Below are positions 52,147-64,000 of a stretch of 64,000 nt of DNA, in pieces. The DNA is from Octopus sinensis (lineage: Eukaryota): contig NC_043011.1 in the NCBI RefSeq assembly GCF_006345805.1, positions 53,952,464 to 54,016,463 on the forward strand, given 5' to 3'. Below the pieces are notes generated by a model. That model saw only the letters and a list, made by a program, of their open reading frames with translations, ran no database searches and was not told where the DNA came from. The first letter of the stretch is position 1. Each line of letters begins with the position of its first letter. The position numbers were made by a program, and so were the translations under genes.

Positions 52147-53324
52147 CTGATTCCTAGTGTTTTACAGACAGGGTGAACTGAATTGAAGCACATCATGATC
52201 ATTGTTTAACAGCTGTCTTCCATGTAGGCATAGGTAGGACAGTTTGACAGGAGCCGGCCAGGTAGCAGCAGACTACCCTGTTCAGTGTTTAAAAAATCCT
52301 ATTATATTTTTAGTGTTAAATATTATTAGGAACTGTATTTAAAAAATTGCTAAAGTACAGCGGTGGTGCCCCAGCATGGCTGCAGCCTTCGGGCTAAAAT
52401 ATTTTTAAGGATTTACGTGGTCTATTGTAGACGTATAAGGAATTTATTGCTCATAAATTTTAACAAAAAACCTTATATGGCTCCCATCCCTCCAAGGGCC
52501 ATATGGACCCCAGTAGTGAATCAATGTTCTAGGGGAATTCTGATGTAATGTTAGAATTTAAATTATATAAATGTTTGGTTATTTGATATCAAATAAACTA
52601 AGCCCTATGAAGTGTAAGGTTGCTGTAATCTTCATTTCAGCTGTCATCATCTTCATCATTGTCATCATTTAATGCTTGTATTCCATGATGGCATGGGTTG
52701 GATGGTTCAGCAGAATCTGATTATCCTGAGGGCTGTTGGTCCCCACTGTCTTTGGAGAAGTTTCTTATTTCTTTATTGCCCACAAGGGGCTAAATATATA
52801 AGGGACAAACAAGGATAGACAAAGGGTTTAAGTCGATTACATTGACCCCAGTGCATAACTGATACTTAATTTATCGACCCTCGAAAGGATGAAAGGCAAA
52901 GTCGATCTCGGCGGAATTTGAACTCAGAACGTAACGGCAGACGAAACACTGCTAAGCATTTTGCTCGGCGTGCTAACGTTTCTGCCTGCTCACTCGCTGT
53001 CTTTGGAGAGGTTTCTATGGCTGGATACCCTTCCCAACTCCAACAACTTTATAGAGTGTACTCAGTGCTTTGTTTTGTGGCACCAGGACTAAAGACCCCT
53101 TGACGGAATAGGGGTACAGCATTAAAGGAGGTTGCTGTGTGCCAGATGTTGAGAGGCTGAATTATGAAAGAGGAACGAGAACAGGTGTCTTGCTGTAAAG
53201 GAGCTACGTGGTCACCGAAGGAAGAAAAGGGAGAAAGGATCGGGGAGAGAGCCCTCAGTTGAATTCACTTTATTTATAATAACTGTGTCATGATGCTGTT
53301 ACGTTAAATTACTTTTTTCCAATT

Positions 53325-53430
53325 GTGTTCACCTGTTGTTAAAGAAATTAGCAAAGATTACCTCAGCATGACCATCACTGTTGAGGAATGATAATTTCTC
53401 AAAAATGAAGTTGGCTATAAAGGCAAAAAT
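53325..53430 (+). mobile_element. Possible degenerate hAT transposase C-terminal remnant
   Basis: Frameshifted LLKKLAK / DYLS / FSKMKL resembles the hAT dimerisation motif. Confidence 0.35.
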
Positions 53431-54006
53431 GACATATGGTATTTGTTGTTTAGCTCTGAGTGTATTCTGACCCAGTTGACCAATGGTCAAAGATGTTCCA
53501 TCTATGATATGACCATGTGTCTTTGTGTCTCCACCCACTGCCCTCACCAAGTATCATCTATCTTGGACTATATTATCCAATATCATATACTCTTTTACTT
53601 GTTTCAGTCATTTGACTGTGGCCATGCTGGAGCACCGCCTTTAGTCGAGCCAATCGACCCCAGGACTTATTCTTTGTAAGCCTAGTACTTATTCTATCGG
53701 TCTCTTTTGCCAAACTGCTAAGTTACGGGGACATAAACACACCATCATCGGTTGTCAGGCAATGTTGTGGGGACAGACACACAAACATATACACACACAC
53801 ACACATACATTTATGTATATACATATATACGATGGACTTCTTTCAGTTTCCGTCTACCAAATCCACTCACAAGGCTTTGGTCGGCCCGAGGCTATAGTAA
53901 AAGATATTTGCCCAAGGTGCCACGCAGTGGGACTGAACCCGGTACCATGTGGTTGGTAAGCAAGCTACTTACCACACAGCCACTCCTGCGCCTTTTATGA
54001 CATTAA

Positions 54007-54226
54007 CCCTTTAGAATTCAGATTACATTGTCAAATGTATTGCCTATTCATTCACATTGTTTTGAACTAATCATGCATTTTCTTGTAGCTTTGAGATTTC
54101 AATGATGTGATTGTTTATTTTTAGAATGACATTGTATGATAGGTGTCAGAGGCCATATCTGGTCATTTTGAACATAAAACAACTAGAATATTTGGGCTGC
54201 ATATGGCTGGTTTAAATGCTAAAGGG
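54007..54226. mobile_element. piggyBac-like MITE (also 56337-56551; partial at ~17350-17530)
   Basis: TTAA-CCCTTT...AAAGGG ends; three related copies in the window. Confidence 0.7.
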
Positions 54227-54584
54227 TCAGGATGAGATTTGATGAGGGTTTGGCTGCCATTTCTAGCATGTTCAGTAACTTGATAGAGACATCTTTGTTG
54301 GTCTGGATGTCTATTAGTGAATTACAAAGCAAACGATCTCATGGTACTCTAACATACACTGGTTTTTGCTTTCACCAATTCGTCTCTTGATGTTGACCAC
54401 CATTATAATTTCCTTGAAGTTCAGTGATTAATGTATTAATTACATTCATTATGGTTGCAGGCCAAGCCTCTTCAGCTGGGGGAGAGGCATTAACCACAGC
54501 AGAATTGTAAATACTACTGCCCTTGCTGAAGAGGATTGGTCTACAGAGCCCTGTGCTGGCACCAGTTAAAAGGCACTTGTACTG

Positions 54585-55340
54585 GTGCCATGTACAGAAC
54601 ACCTGTGCTGGTATCATGTACAGAACACCTGTGCTGGTATCAAATACAGAACACCTGTGCTGGTATCATGTACAGAACACCTGTGCTGGTATTATGTACA
54701 GAACACCTGTGCTGGTATCATGTACAGAACACCTGTGCTGGTATCATGTACAGAACACCTGTGCTGGTATCATGTACAGAACACCTGTGCTGGTATCATT
54801 TACAGAACACCTGTGCTGGTATCATGTACAGAACACCTGTGCTGGTATCATGTACAGAACACCTGTGCTGGTATCATGTACAAAACACCTGTGCTGGTAT
54901 CATGTACAGAACACCTGTGCTGGTATCATGTACAGAACACCTGTGCTGGTATCATGTACAGACCACCTGTGCTGGTATCATGTACAGACCACCTGTGCTG
55001 ATATCATGTACAGAACACCTGTGCTGGTATCATGTACAGAACACCTGTGCTGGTATCATGTACAGAACACCTGTGCTGGTATCATGTACAGAACACCTGT
55101 GCTGGTATCATGTACAGAACACCTGTGCTGGTATCATGTACAGAACACCTGTGCTGGTATCATGTACAGAACATCTGTGCTGGTATCATGTACAGAACAC
55201 CTGTGCTGGTATCATGTACAGAACACCTGTGCTGGTATCGTGTACAGAACACCTGTGCTGGTATCATGTACAGAACACCTGTGTTGGTATCATGTACAGA
55301 ACACCTGTGCTGGTATCATGTACAGAACACCTGTGCTGGT
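54585..55340 (+). repeat. 26-bp minisatellite, about 29 copies
   Basis: Unit cacctgtgctggtatcatgtacagaa, nearly invariant, embedded in an RTE 3' UTR. Confidence 0.95.
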
Positions 55341-55801
55341 GCCACGTAATAGCACCTGTGCTGGCAGCACTTATAAAGCTCTCATTCTGGCGCCATATAA
55401 CAATACCTGTACCAGTGCCATGTAAAAGTACTTGTGCTGACTCTACTTAAAAAGCTCTTATGCTGGCGTCACATTGTGGTACCCATGCCGGTGCCGTGTA
55501 GAAGAACCCATGCTGGTGCCACATAAAAGCACCCAGCACCCTCTGTAAAGTGGTTGGCATTAGGAAAGGTATCCAGCCATAGAAGCCAAGCCAAATCAGA
55601 CTGGAACTTGGTTTAGCTCTCTGGCTTACTAGCTCTGGTCAAACCGTCCAACCCATGCCAGCATGGAAAACAAATGCTAAATGATAACGATGGTGATGGT
55701 TACATTCATTGTGGCTGTTTTGTATGTTGCATTGAATGATGTGAAAACTACTGGTAACTTCTGTTTAAGAACATCTTTTAAATTATTTTTTGCAGCTGAA
55801 A

Positions 55802-55940
55802 ATGGTGAAAATTACTGTTAAAAGGAATGACGAACCGCAGTTTCTGCATGAAACCACTGGTGACACTTCAATTGATGTCCTCATTACGAATATAACCACT
55901 ATCTATAATGGCAGGTTGAAAATTGAGCGGATATGTTTAG
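55802..55940 (+). CDS. CFAP298: CFAP298 (C21orf59) first coding exon (exon starts at 55796)
   Basis: Acceptor ttttttgcag|ctgaaa, ATG at 55802, MVKITVKRNDEPQFLHETTGDTSIDVLITNITTIYNGRLKIERICL, donor g|gtttgt (phase 1). Matches the CFAP298 N-terminus (IYNGRLK motif). Confidence 0.93.
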
Positions 55941-57716
55941 GTTTGTATTACAAAATAATCCAAAACATTTGAGTGTCCGGCTGTGTATTCTTTACATTTA
56001 TTAATAATAGCAAATAAATCTCCCTCAGTAATTTCCTTGCCAAGGTGATGTCAAGCCTCTGGGGGATTTCCCCAATCACGTCCAGCCATCTGATACAGTG
56101 CCTGCCACAAGACCTCTTCAAGCCCACAGCTGCTGCATTGAATGAGAGTAAGACCTTTGTAGGTTGATCCAGCAAGAGACAGAGAATAGAGAGGGGCATG
56201 AGATCATCAATGATGGAGAGCACTGGTTTACCTGGTTGGCATGATGACGTCTCTGGGACCCCTGGCCTGGGATGACCCTTAACACCATCAAGCAACAGCA
56301 TGAGGCAACAGCAAGCAACTTCGTTACTGTCTTTAACCCTTAAGCATTCAGATTACTACCAAATTTAATGCTTATTTATTCACATTATTTTGAATTAATC
56401 ATGCATTATCTCGTAGCTTTGAGATTTTGATGATGTGATTGTTTTTAGAATGGCATTGCAGGCTAGGTGTGAAAGGCCAGATCTAGCTAGTTTGAACATA
56501 AAAACAAGTAGAATATTTGGGCTGGATATGGCCTGTTTAAATGCTAAAGGATTAAAAAGCATCAACCACATATTTTGCATCCTGGACGGTTTGACCACAA
56601 TTGGCAAGCCAGAGAGCTACACCAAGTTCCAGTCTGATTTGGCCTGGCTTCTATGGCTGGATACCTTTCCTAATGCCAACCACTTTACAGAGGGTGCTGG
56701 ATGCTTTTATGTGGCACCAGCATGGGTTCTTCTACACGGCACCGGCATGGGTACTACAATGTTATGCCAAGCATAAGATTAATTTGGATGTTATTAAGCT
56801 GGTGTCTGGAACATCAATTAACTCGAAATTTTGATAGGTTTTAATTTGTATTACCATATTTCTGCTGTGTTTGTTTCAATTAATTTTTGAAATAATGAAG
56901 AATTTTGTAAAAATAGCTTTCTCAAAACCTTCACAAAGTACTCTGTTTTGATCTTCTGGCCAGAAGGAACCCGGAGGATGTAAGGTAATGCCCTTACCGT
57001 CAAAAAAGCACCAACTACACTTTGAAAGTGATTGGTGTTAGGAAAAGTGTCCAATTATAGAAACCATCCTTAAACTCAGACATTGGACCAAATTGTTGTC
57101 CACCAACACACTCTCTCTCTCTCTCTCTCTCATACACACACACACACAGCATACACCATACACCACGCATACATTCATACACATGCATGTGTGTATGTGT
57201 GTGTATATGTGTGTGTGTGAATAAAGTATTTCTCTGGTGCTTCTTAAGGAAGGGAAATAACTCTGAACACACTATTTTGTATTTCATTTACTTTCAACAG
57301 CCACCGTCAATTTAAGCTGGTCCTTTCTCATCTATGAAATGATTATATGTTTATATTTGTCATTATTATAACGGCTTCAGGAAAGCCTTTTATACGATTC
57401 TTATCATTACACCACAAAAAAAAAAAAAAAATGATATTCGTGTGTTGTTGTTTTCCGTTTCCTTTTTGTTTCTAGTTTTGCCAAAATGTTACTCATTAAT
57501 TTATCGAAGATAGGGAATCGTTAGCACGCCGGACAAAATGCCTTAGCGACATTTCGTCCGTTTTTACGTTCTCAGTTCAAATTCCACCAAGGTCGACTTT
57601 GCCTTTCACTTTTTTTGGGGGTCGGTGAAATAAGTACAAGTTACGCACTGGGAGTCAATGAAATCGACTTGTCTCTTCTCCAAAAAATTTCAGGCTTTGT
57701 GCCTTTAGTAGAAATG

Positions 57717-57749
<33 letters not shown>

Positions 57750-58359
57750 GGCGGCGAGCTGGCAGAATCGTTTGCACACTGGGAGAAATGCTTAGCAGTA
57801 TTTTGCCTGTCGCTACGTTCTGAGTTCAAATTTCGCCGAGGTTGACTTTGCCTTTCATCCTTTTGGGGTTGATGAATTAAGTACCAGTAAAACACTGGGG
57901 TTGATGTAATTAACTAGTCCCCTCCCAACAAATTTAGAGTCTTCTGCCTTTAGTAGAAAGGATTATTATTATTATTATTATTATTATCGTTAGCATGCCA
58001 GCCCTTTAAATTTTGCAATGGTTGACTTTTGCCTTTCATCCTTTCTGGGTTGATAAAACAATTATCAGTTGATCCCTGGGGTTGATGTAATTGACTTTCT
58101 CCTCCCCTGAAATTGCTCCTGTTGGGAAGGGGAAATGCAGTGACTGGAGAGAATCTGGGTATATGGAGGGAGAGCACATTGAGTGAAATGCTCAGCGGTA
58201 TTTCGTCTGCCACTACATTCTGGGGGTTGACTTTGCCTTTCATCCTTTCAAGGTCGATAAATTAAGCACCAGTTGAGTATTGGGGTCAATGTAATCGACT
58301 AGTCCCCTTCCCGAAAATCTGAAGCCTTGTGCCTTCAGTTGAAAGGATTATTATTATTG

Positions 58360-58726
58360 CTAGCACTATGACCTGGCAACGCCGGGTTATAATGCTAGTG
58401 CATGCATATACAGCTGCGTGCGTGCGCACATACACGCGAGTACTGTCCAAATCTCTGAACAATCACATACAGCTAGCTAGCATTCAATTGGCGTATCAAA
58501 TTTCAGGCATTTTATTGGGTTTTGGATAGAAAATTCACAAAAGAGTCACTTCTATTGACTTTTTAGTGGCTTTGCGGGGTGACTGGGGAAATGTAAAGAT
58601 GTGCATGACCACCTTTGGATGGTTTTGAATGACCATAGAAAGTGCGAGCCCTCTAACTGAAAAACTGTGGATTTGTATAAAGGACACACACACACACAGA
58701 CATTTTGCCGTTTATATATAGAGAGA
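58360..58726 (-). mobile_element. Non-autonomous Helitron in a CFAP298 intron
   Basis: Minus strand begins tctctctatatataaacggc and ends with hairpin cccggcgttgccagg followed by CTAG. Confidence 0.8.
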
Positions 58727-59071
58727 TTATTATCTTTTTAATTATTATTATTATTATTATTATTGTTATTATTATTATGGCAATGAACTGGCAGAATCAT
58801 TAACCAGGCAAAATGCTTAGTGGCCTTTCGTCTGTCCTTACGTTCTGAGATGAAATTCTGTCAAGGTTGACTTTGCCTCTCATCCTTTTTGGGGTTGATA
58901 AATTAAGTACCAGTGAAACACTGAAGTCAATGTAATCAACTAGTCCCCTCCTGCAAAATTTCGGGATTATTATTATTACTATTATCAAAGGTGGTGGGTT
59001 GGCAATTGACTTACCCCTCCCCCTAAATTGCTGCCCTTGTGACAAAATTTGAAACCATCATCATCATCATC

Positions 59072-59105
<34 letters not shown>

Positions 59106-59111
59106 TGGCAG

Positions 59112-59279
59112 AGTTAGGAGAGCTGGCCAAGCATGGAACCTCCCTGCCTATCAACATGCAAGGCCTTACAGATGAGCAAATTACAGAATTAAAACTGATA
59201 GATGAATGGGCTGAGAAGTGCAGGCCCAGTGGTGGAGATGCCTTCAACAAGGACACAATGGGACGACGCAATGGAATTG
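59112..59279 (+). CDS. CFAP298: CFAP298 coding exon 2
   Basis: cag|AG...ATTG|gtaagt, 168 nt, phase 1-1; ELGELAKHGTSLPINMQGLTDEQITELKLIDEWAEKCRPSGGDAFNKDTMGRRNGI (conserved MQGLTDEQI and GRRNG motifs). Confidence 0.95.
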
Positions 59280-59577
59280 GTAAGTTTTAACTCTCGTACT
59301 CTAGGCCAGCGTTTCTCAACTGGGGTTCCCCAGAATCCTAGGGTTCTGTTGCGGTAAAATCCTGACACTCCTGTGGGATAGCAAGTCAATTGTCCTAAAC
59401 TGTATATAGGTGCATGTGCACTGTCAATGAGGGACAGTGTGGTGTGTGCAGGTGCTTTGTGAAGTCATTGAGAAGAGATATTGTTTGTTGTATGTTGTTT
59501 CTGATTTATATTTGTATTTTTGGAAATATTAAATTTCTAAATATCTCATAGAGATATGTACGGAGGTGGGGCGATAG

Positions 59578-59767
59578 AATGGTTGTATACTGTCAATTTA
59601 ACGTGACAGTAGGGGGTTACACCACTGCTGTTTAGCCCTAGGAAGCACCGACGCTTCCTGATGGAAAAAATGTGTCAAAGCCATCAGGAAGCGTTGATGC
59701 TTCCTAGGGCTAAACAGCGGTGGTGTAGTCCCCTACTGTCACGTTAAATTGACAGTATACAACCATT
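59578..59767. repeat. Palindrome, 87-bp arms, 16-nt loop
   Basis: 59578-59664 pairs with 59681-59767 with five mismatches. Confidence 0.92.
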
Positions 59768-61010
59768 TGTATTTTTATAATCTTGTTATAAGTCCACGTT
59801 GTAAAGTGGCATATATGGTGAGTTCAAAGAAGGACATAACAGTGTTAACAAGACACGAGAGTGGTGACAAGACATTCGAAGTTTGCAGTGGACGGTCTTA
59901 GCATGGAAGACCTGTTTAGCTTTCGTGGTTCAGTTGCAACGGCAACTACAGCAGCACTAACAAGAAAAATATTACAACATTACAAACATTTTTAGGGCTT
60001 GCGAACTATTACCAAACATACATGTTTTTATTTTATGCGTAAGCCCGCATAGCTCAGTCGGTAGAGCATCAGACTTTTATGACTGAATCTTCACAGAGTC
60101 ATCTGAGGGTCGTGGGTTTCAAGTCCCCCTGCGGGCAAAGCATTTGTTTTTGACCGATAGAATAAGTACTGGGCTTACAAAGAATAAGTCCCGGGGTCGA
60201 TTTGCTTGACTAAAGGCGGTGCTCCAGCATGGCCGCAGTCAAATGACTGAAACAAGTAAAAGAGTATACGTACCAAACATGCATGAGCTAAGAGCACCCC
60301 TAAACAACCTATTGAAAAAAGGTGTAAATTGGTATTGGTCAGACAGGTGTCAAAAAGCCTTTGAAGAAATTTAAAAAGTTTTAACATCGGGACTGTCATT
60401 AATTGTACTTTGATCCAAATTTAAAATAGTAGTAGCATCAGATGCTAGCAAAAGTGGTACAGAAGCGGTAATTTTACCCAAGTATGGAAATGGTTGCCTA
60501 AAACCCATTGCACATGCTTTACATTCATTGCTGGCTGCTGAAAAGAACTACAGCCAAATTGAGAAGGAGGCACTAGCCATTATTTTTGTGGTGAAAAAAT
60601 TACACAAATTCATACGTGGAAGGAAATTCAGTCTGCAAACAGATCACCGCCCATTGTTATCAATTTATGGATCGGAAAAGGGTCTCCCCACACACATACT
60701 CAACCGATTGCAGTGCTGTGGGACGATCCTGCTAAATTATGATTTTAAGATGGAATTTCTACCATCGAAAAAATTAGGGCATGCGGATGGGCTGTCAAGA
60801 TTGATCCCTAAATACAAAGAACTGTTAGAAGATACAGTAATAGCAGCATTAAAAGGCAAAACTGAAATAAAAAATACACTCTGCAATGTAGTATGCGAAT
60901 TAGCTGTCACTTTAGAAGAAATAAAAATTAAAGCAGAGAAGGGTGTGTTCGTAATAGAAATGAAAAAGATAGTTAAGTTTGAAACAAATACAAAAACTCA
61001 CGTAACTGAG
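59766..61010 (+). mobile_element. Ty3/Gypsy LTR retrotransposon remnant
   Basis: RNase H motifs SDAS, AEKNYSQIEKEALAIIF, TDHRPL, HADGLSRL (60420-60810). PBS-like TGGTGAC at ~59862 followed by a degenerate gag start. Interrupted by a tRNA and a SINE. Confidence 0.8.
60043..60137 (+). tRNA. tRNA-Lys(UUU) with 21-nt intron (60080-60100); possibly a pseudogene
   Basis: Acceptor stem GCCCGCA/TGCGGGC, D-arm TAGCTCAGTCGGTAGAGCA, anticodon arm TCAGA-CT-TTT-A^A-TCTGA, intron after position 37, oligo-T terminator downstream. The T-arm has one extra T and one stem mismatch. Confidence 0.85.
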
Positions 61011-61459
61011 CAGTATTAATAACAAGGGGTAATATTTATGCCCACTTAAATACAGATGTTCTGTTAGAACAAATTATACTTTAGTTGATACCATGAGAGA
61101 AACTCTCATTTTGGTTTTTGGTGCAAAATGCAAAACAGCCAAAGCAGAAAAAAAAAAAAGAAAAAGAAAAAGAACAATTTTGTACTAAAAGCCAATATGA
61201 GAGATTCTCTCTTGTTAACTAGTGCAGTATAGTTTGTTCCAACAGAACATTCACGTTTAAGTGGTGATAAATATTACCTCTCTATTGCTACAGTGTTCGC
61301 TTCCACCTCTACATCATTGCTCAAATGCTGTTACAATAACCATCATCATTCAACTCTGTCTCTTCATCTCAGTCATAGCATTACAGATTATAACTTTTTT
61401 CCACTTGCCACACATCTGTCTGTTGCTAATAGTTGTTGTATTTTCACTTTCTATTCCAG

Positions 61460-61527
61460 CACCCAATGAACATATGGCTGGAGTTTTAAATAAAAGTTCA
61501 AAAGAAGCAAAAGATATGATTTCCAAA
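61460..61527 (+). CDS. CFAP298: CFAP298 coding exon 3
   Basis: ttctattccag|CA...TCCAAA|gtgagt, 68 nt, phase 1-0; APNEHMAGVLNKSSKEAKDMISK. Confidence 0.92.
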
Positions 61528-62962
61528 GTGAGTTACATTTTGTATATTACTGTCTGCCTCTACTATTTTTCTTGTTTCCGCATCCAATATACGTATAGAT
61601 GCAAACACGGCTGTACGGTTAAGAGGTGGTTCACTTTGAAACACCATAGTTTCAAATTCCAATACAGTATGTAGCACCTTGGGCAAGTGTTTTGCTACTG
61701 TAACTTCAAGCTGACCATTGTAAGTGATAGCTGGTAGAAGGAAACTGTATGGAAGCCTGTCATGAGCATGTGTGTGCGAGTGTATGAGTGTGAAAATCTC
61801 TGATTGTTTTCACATTGACCTCATTCTACTTATGTCCCTCATAAACAAAATATCTAACAGCTTGGCAGTTGGCGTGAATGAAATTGTGGAATAAAGTACC
61901 TTAATTGAAAACATATAAAGGCTGGCAACAAGAAGAGCATTCTGCCATAGAGTATTGCCCCAGGATTCTTCTAACTCATGCCGACCTGGAAAAAGCAGAT
62001 GTAAATATGATAATGTTGATAATGATACTGCCATTGCTGGCTCTCTGGTATTTTAGGTGCCACAGTTATTTTTTTTCTTTTTTAGTTTTAGCTCAAAAGC
62101 TGTGGCCATACTGGGGCACCACTGTTTATAAAGGATAAAGAGCCCTTTCCAAGTCATATAGACTCATAGGGCCAGTTTCCATGGCATATATATTCCCAAC
62201 CTTCATGGGATGCTGGCCTGCCACAGGGTTACTCACTTCTGACAGATTAGAGGAATGGGGCAATGTAAAATGAAGTGTTTTGTCCAGGAATCGAAACTAC
62301 AATCTTATGATCATGGGTTCAACACCCCAACCTCTAAGCCACACACCTCCACGTATTGTCATGTTTGGATTTTATTTACTTGAGCATCCACCCTGGAATC
62401 TCATAAACTAAAGGTGGATAACTTTTTATTTTCATTTGTGATTAGGCATAGCTGTGTAGTTAAGGAGTTTGCTCCCAACTTCTTGGCTTTTGGTTCAGTC
62501 CCACTGCATGACACATTCAACAGCTGATTGAAGGGTGTCAAAAACCCTATGACTGGATTTGGGGATTTGGTAGATGGAGAATATAAGAAGCCCATTGTGT
62601 GTGTGTGTGTGTATACACACATACACCCACACATCATCTATGGGGGATCAGTTGTCAAGTGATATTAGAGGGGACAAACACAGACACACGAACACACACA
62701 CGCATATATACATATATACGACAGGCTTCTTTCAGTTTCTGTCTACCAAATCCATTCACAAGGCTTTGGTCGGCCCGAGGCTATAGTAGAAGACACTTGC
62801 CCAAGGTGCCATGCAGTGGGACTGAACCCAGAACCATGTGGTTGGTAAGCAAGCTAGTTACCACACAGCCACTCCTATATATATATATGTATGAATATTC
62901 ATTCTTGATGGACATGACATTTCAAAGTTTCAATTAATTTCTCTTCTTTTGGCTTCGAACAG

Positions 62963-63121
62963 AAAAAGATACAGGCTGACATTTGCGTTGATCAGAAAAC
63001 AGTGAAAGATGCCCTGGACATCCTCCGTGGGGCTGTTATGATTGTCTACCCTATGGGGTTACCTCCGCATGACCCTATCAGAATGGAACTGGAAAATAAA
63101 GAGCAACTTGATGGCACCCAG
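62963..63121 (+). CDS. CFAP298: CFAP298 coding exon 4
   Basis: acag|AAA...CAG|gtagga, 159 nt, phase 0-0; KKIQADICVDQKTVKDALDILRGAVMIVYPMGLPPHDPIRMELENKEQLDGTQ (diagnostic LRGAVMIVYPMGLPP.DPIR). Absent from the ORF track. Confidence 0.96.
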
Positions 63122-63304
63122 GTAGGATCACACAGGTTCACCTGTATATTTGTGTAATTTATACATTTGTCAACTTTGCTACCTCGTCATCGGCGTTGGT
63201 GTCCTCCTCCTCCATCCCCTTCTTTTTGTTTATGCCTACATGTTTTGTTTGTTAGATTTTCTGATCATATTCTTCAGTCTGTTAAATTTAATTAATTTTG
63301 TTAA

Positions 63305-63751
63305 CCCTTTCGTTACCATATTTATTTTGAGATGCTCTGTGTTTCTTTCAATTAATTTTAAATATAACAAAGAATTTAGTAAAATAACTTAGTTACTACC
63401 ATTAAGCTAGTGTTAGGAACATAAATTGTGACTAAAGTTTGGTGGAAGATTTTAATTCAAAACTTATGAAAACAAGACATTTGTACTCAGAGCCTGAGGC
63501 AGTTTCAGCCGGGTTGTTATCTAAAGGTTTAAGAATTGTCTCTCTGTTATATATTTTAACCCTTTTACCATATTTCTGTTGAGATGTTCTGTGTTTCTGT
63601 CAATTAATTTTAAATATAACAAAGAATTTAGTAAAATAACTTAGTTACTATCATTAAGCTAGTGTTAGGAACATTAATTCAAAACTTATGAAAACAAGAC
63701 ATTTGTACTACATAGCCAAGGCCGGTTTTGGCCGGGTTGTTACCGAAAGGG
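63305..63751. mobile_element. Two tandem piggyBac-like MITEs of a second family (63305-63528, 63560-63751; also 21279-21878)
   Basis: TTAA|CCCTTT...AAAGGG|TTAA termini and a shared internal sequence. Confidence 0.75.
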
Positions 63752-63929
63752 TTAATGTGTCTAATAATGCAGGGCATTATCCTGATTATGGTATCAAGTG
63801 TAATTGTGGTACCTAGTATTCCCTTAGTGTAATTGTGAACATTAGTAAAGACTTTTGCTGTCACAGACTTCCACAAGTTTTGTTTCTATTCACCATAGTC
63901 TACTGTATCGTTCCCTCTGTCTGTTTCAG

Positions 63930-64000
63930 GCTTCTCTGGAAGTCATTCCAGTTGAAAATGCTGACCTCTGGTGGGCAGGTAAGCAGTTGCTACGTGGTAA
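63930..64000 (+). CDS. CFAP298: CFAP298 coding exon 5 (runs off window)
   Basis: ctgtttcag|GCT, phase 0; ASLEVIPVENADLWWAGKQLLRG (conserved LWWA motif). Confidence 0.93.

Noticed and set aside
54585-55340. CRISPR-like array or Cys/His-rich 300-aa proteins
   Set aside because: Head-to-tail 26-bp units with no spacers and no cas genes, in a eukaryotic intron; the ORFs are a by-product of a stop-free unit.
59862-59875. Gypsy PBS complementary to the neighbouring tRNA-Lys
   Set aside because: TGGTGACAAG does not match the 3' end of this tRNA-Lys (expected TGGTGCCCGCA).

Overview
AT-rich, repeat-dense animal DNA. The SINE, LINE and microsatellite content suggests a coleoid cephalopod (Octopus-like); this is an inference. 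One host gene is recognisable: CFAP298 (C21orf59) on the + strand. It has five phase-consistent coding exons from 55802 to the window end, and a probable RFX X-box promoter and non-coding first exon at about 43750-43856. The rest is nested mobile DNA: tRNA-derived SINEs, RTE, CR1 and R4/Dong-type LINE fragments, non-autonomous Helitrons, hAT and piggyBac-like MITEs, a Gypsy remnant and Penelope-like elements (PLEs). The PLEs include a ~6 kb Neptune-type element carrying ten 159-bp internal repeats. Highlights: (1) a perfect 216-bp-arm palindrome whose arms encode a canonical minimal type I hammerhead ribozyme on both strands, plus degenerate hammerhead-like motifs in other (TA)n-embedded PLE pieces; (2) repeated insertion of PLEs into the internal (TA)n of one SINE family; (3) a recently duplicated CARD (death-fold) exon next to Helitron ends, one copy intact and one with a stop; (4) an intron-containing tRNA-Lys(UUU); (5) intronic hairpins and inverted repeats around CFAP298 exons. 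Most ORFs in the supplied track are microsatellite or SINE artefacts. Family names come from motif recognition, not database searches.
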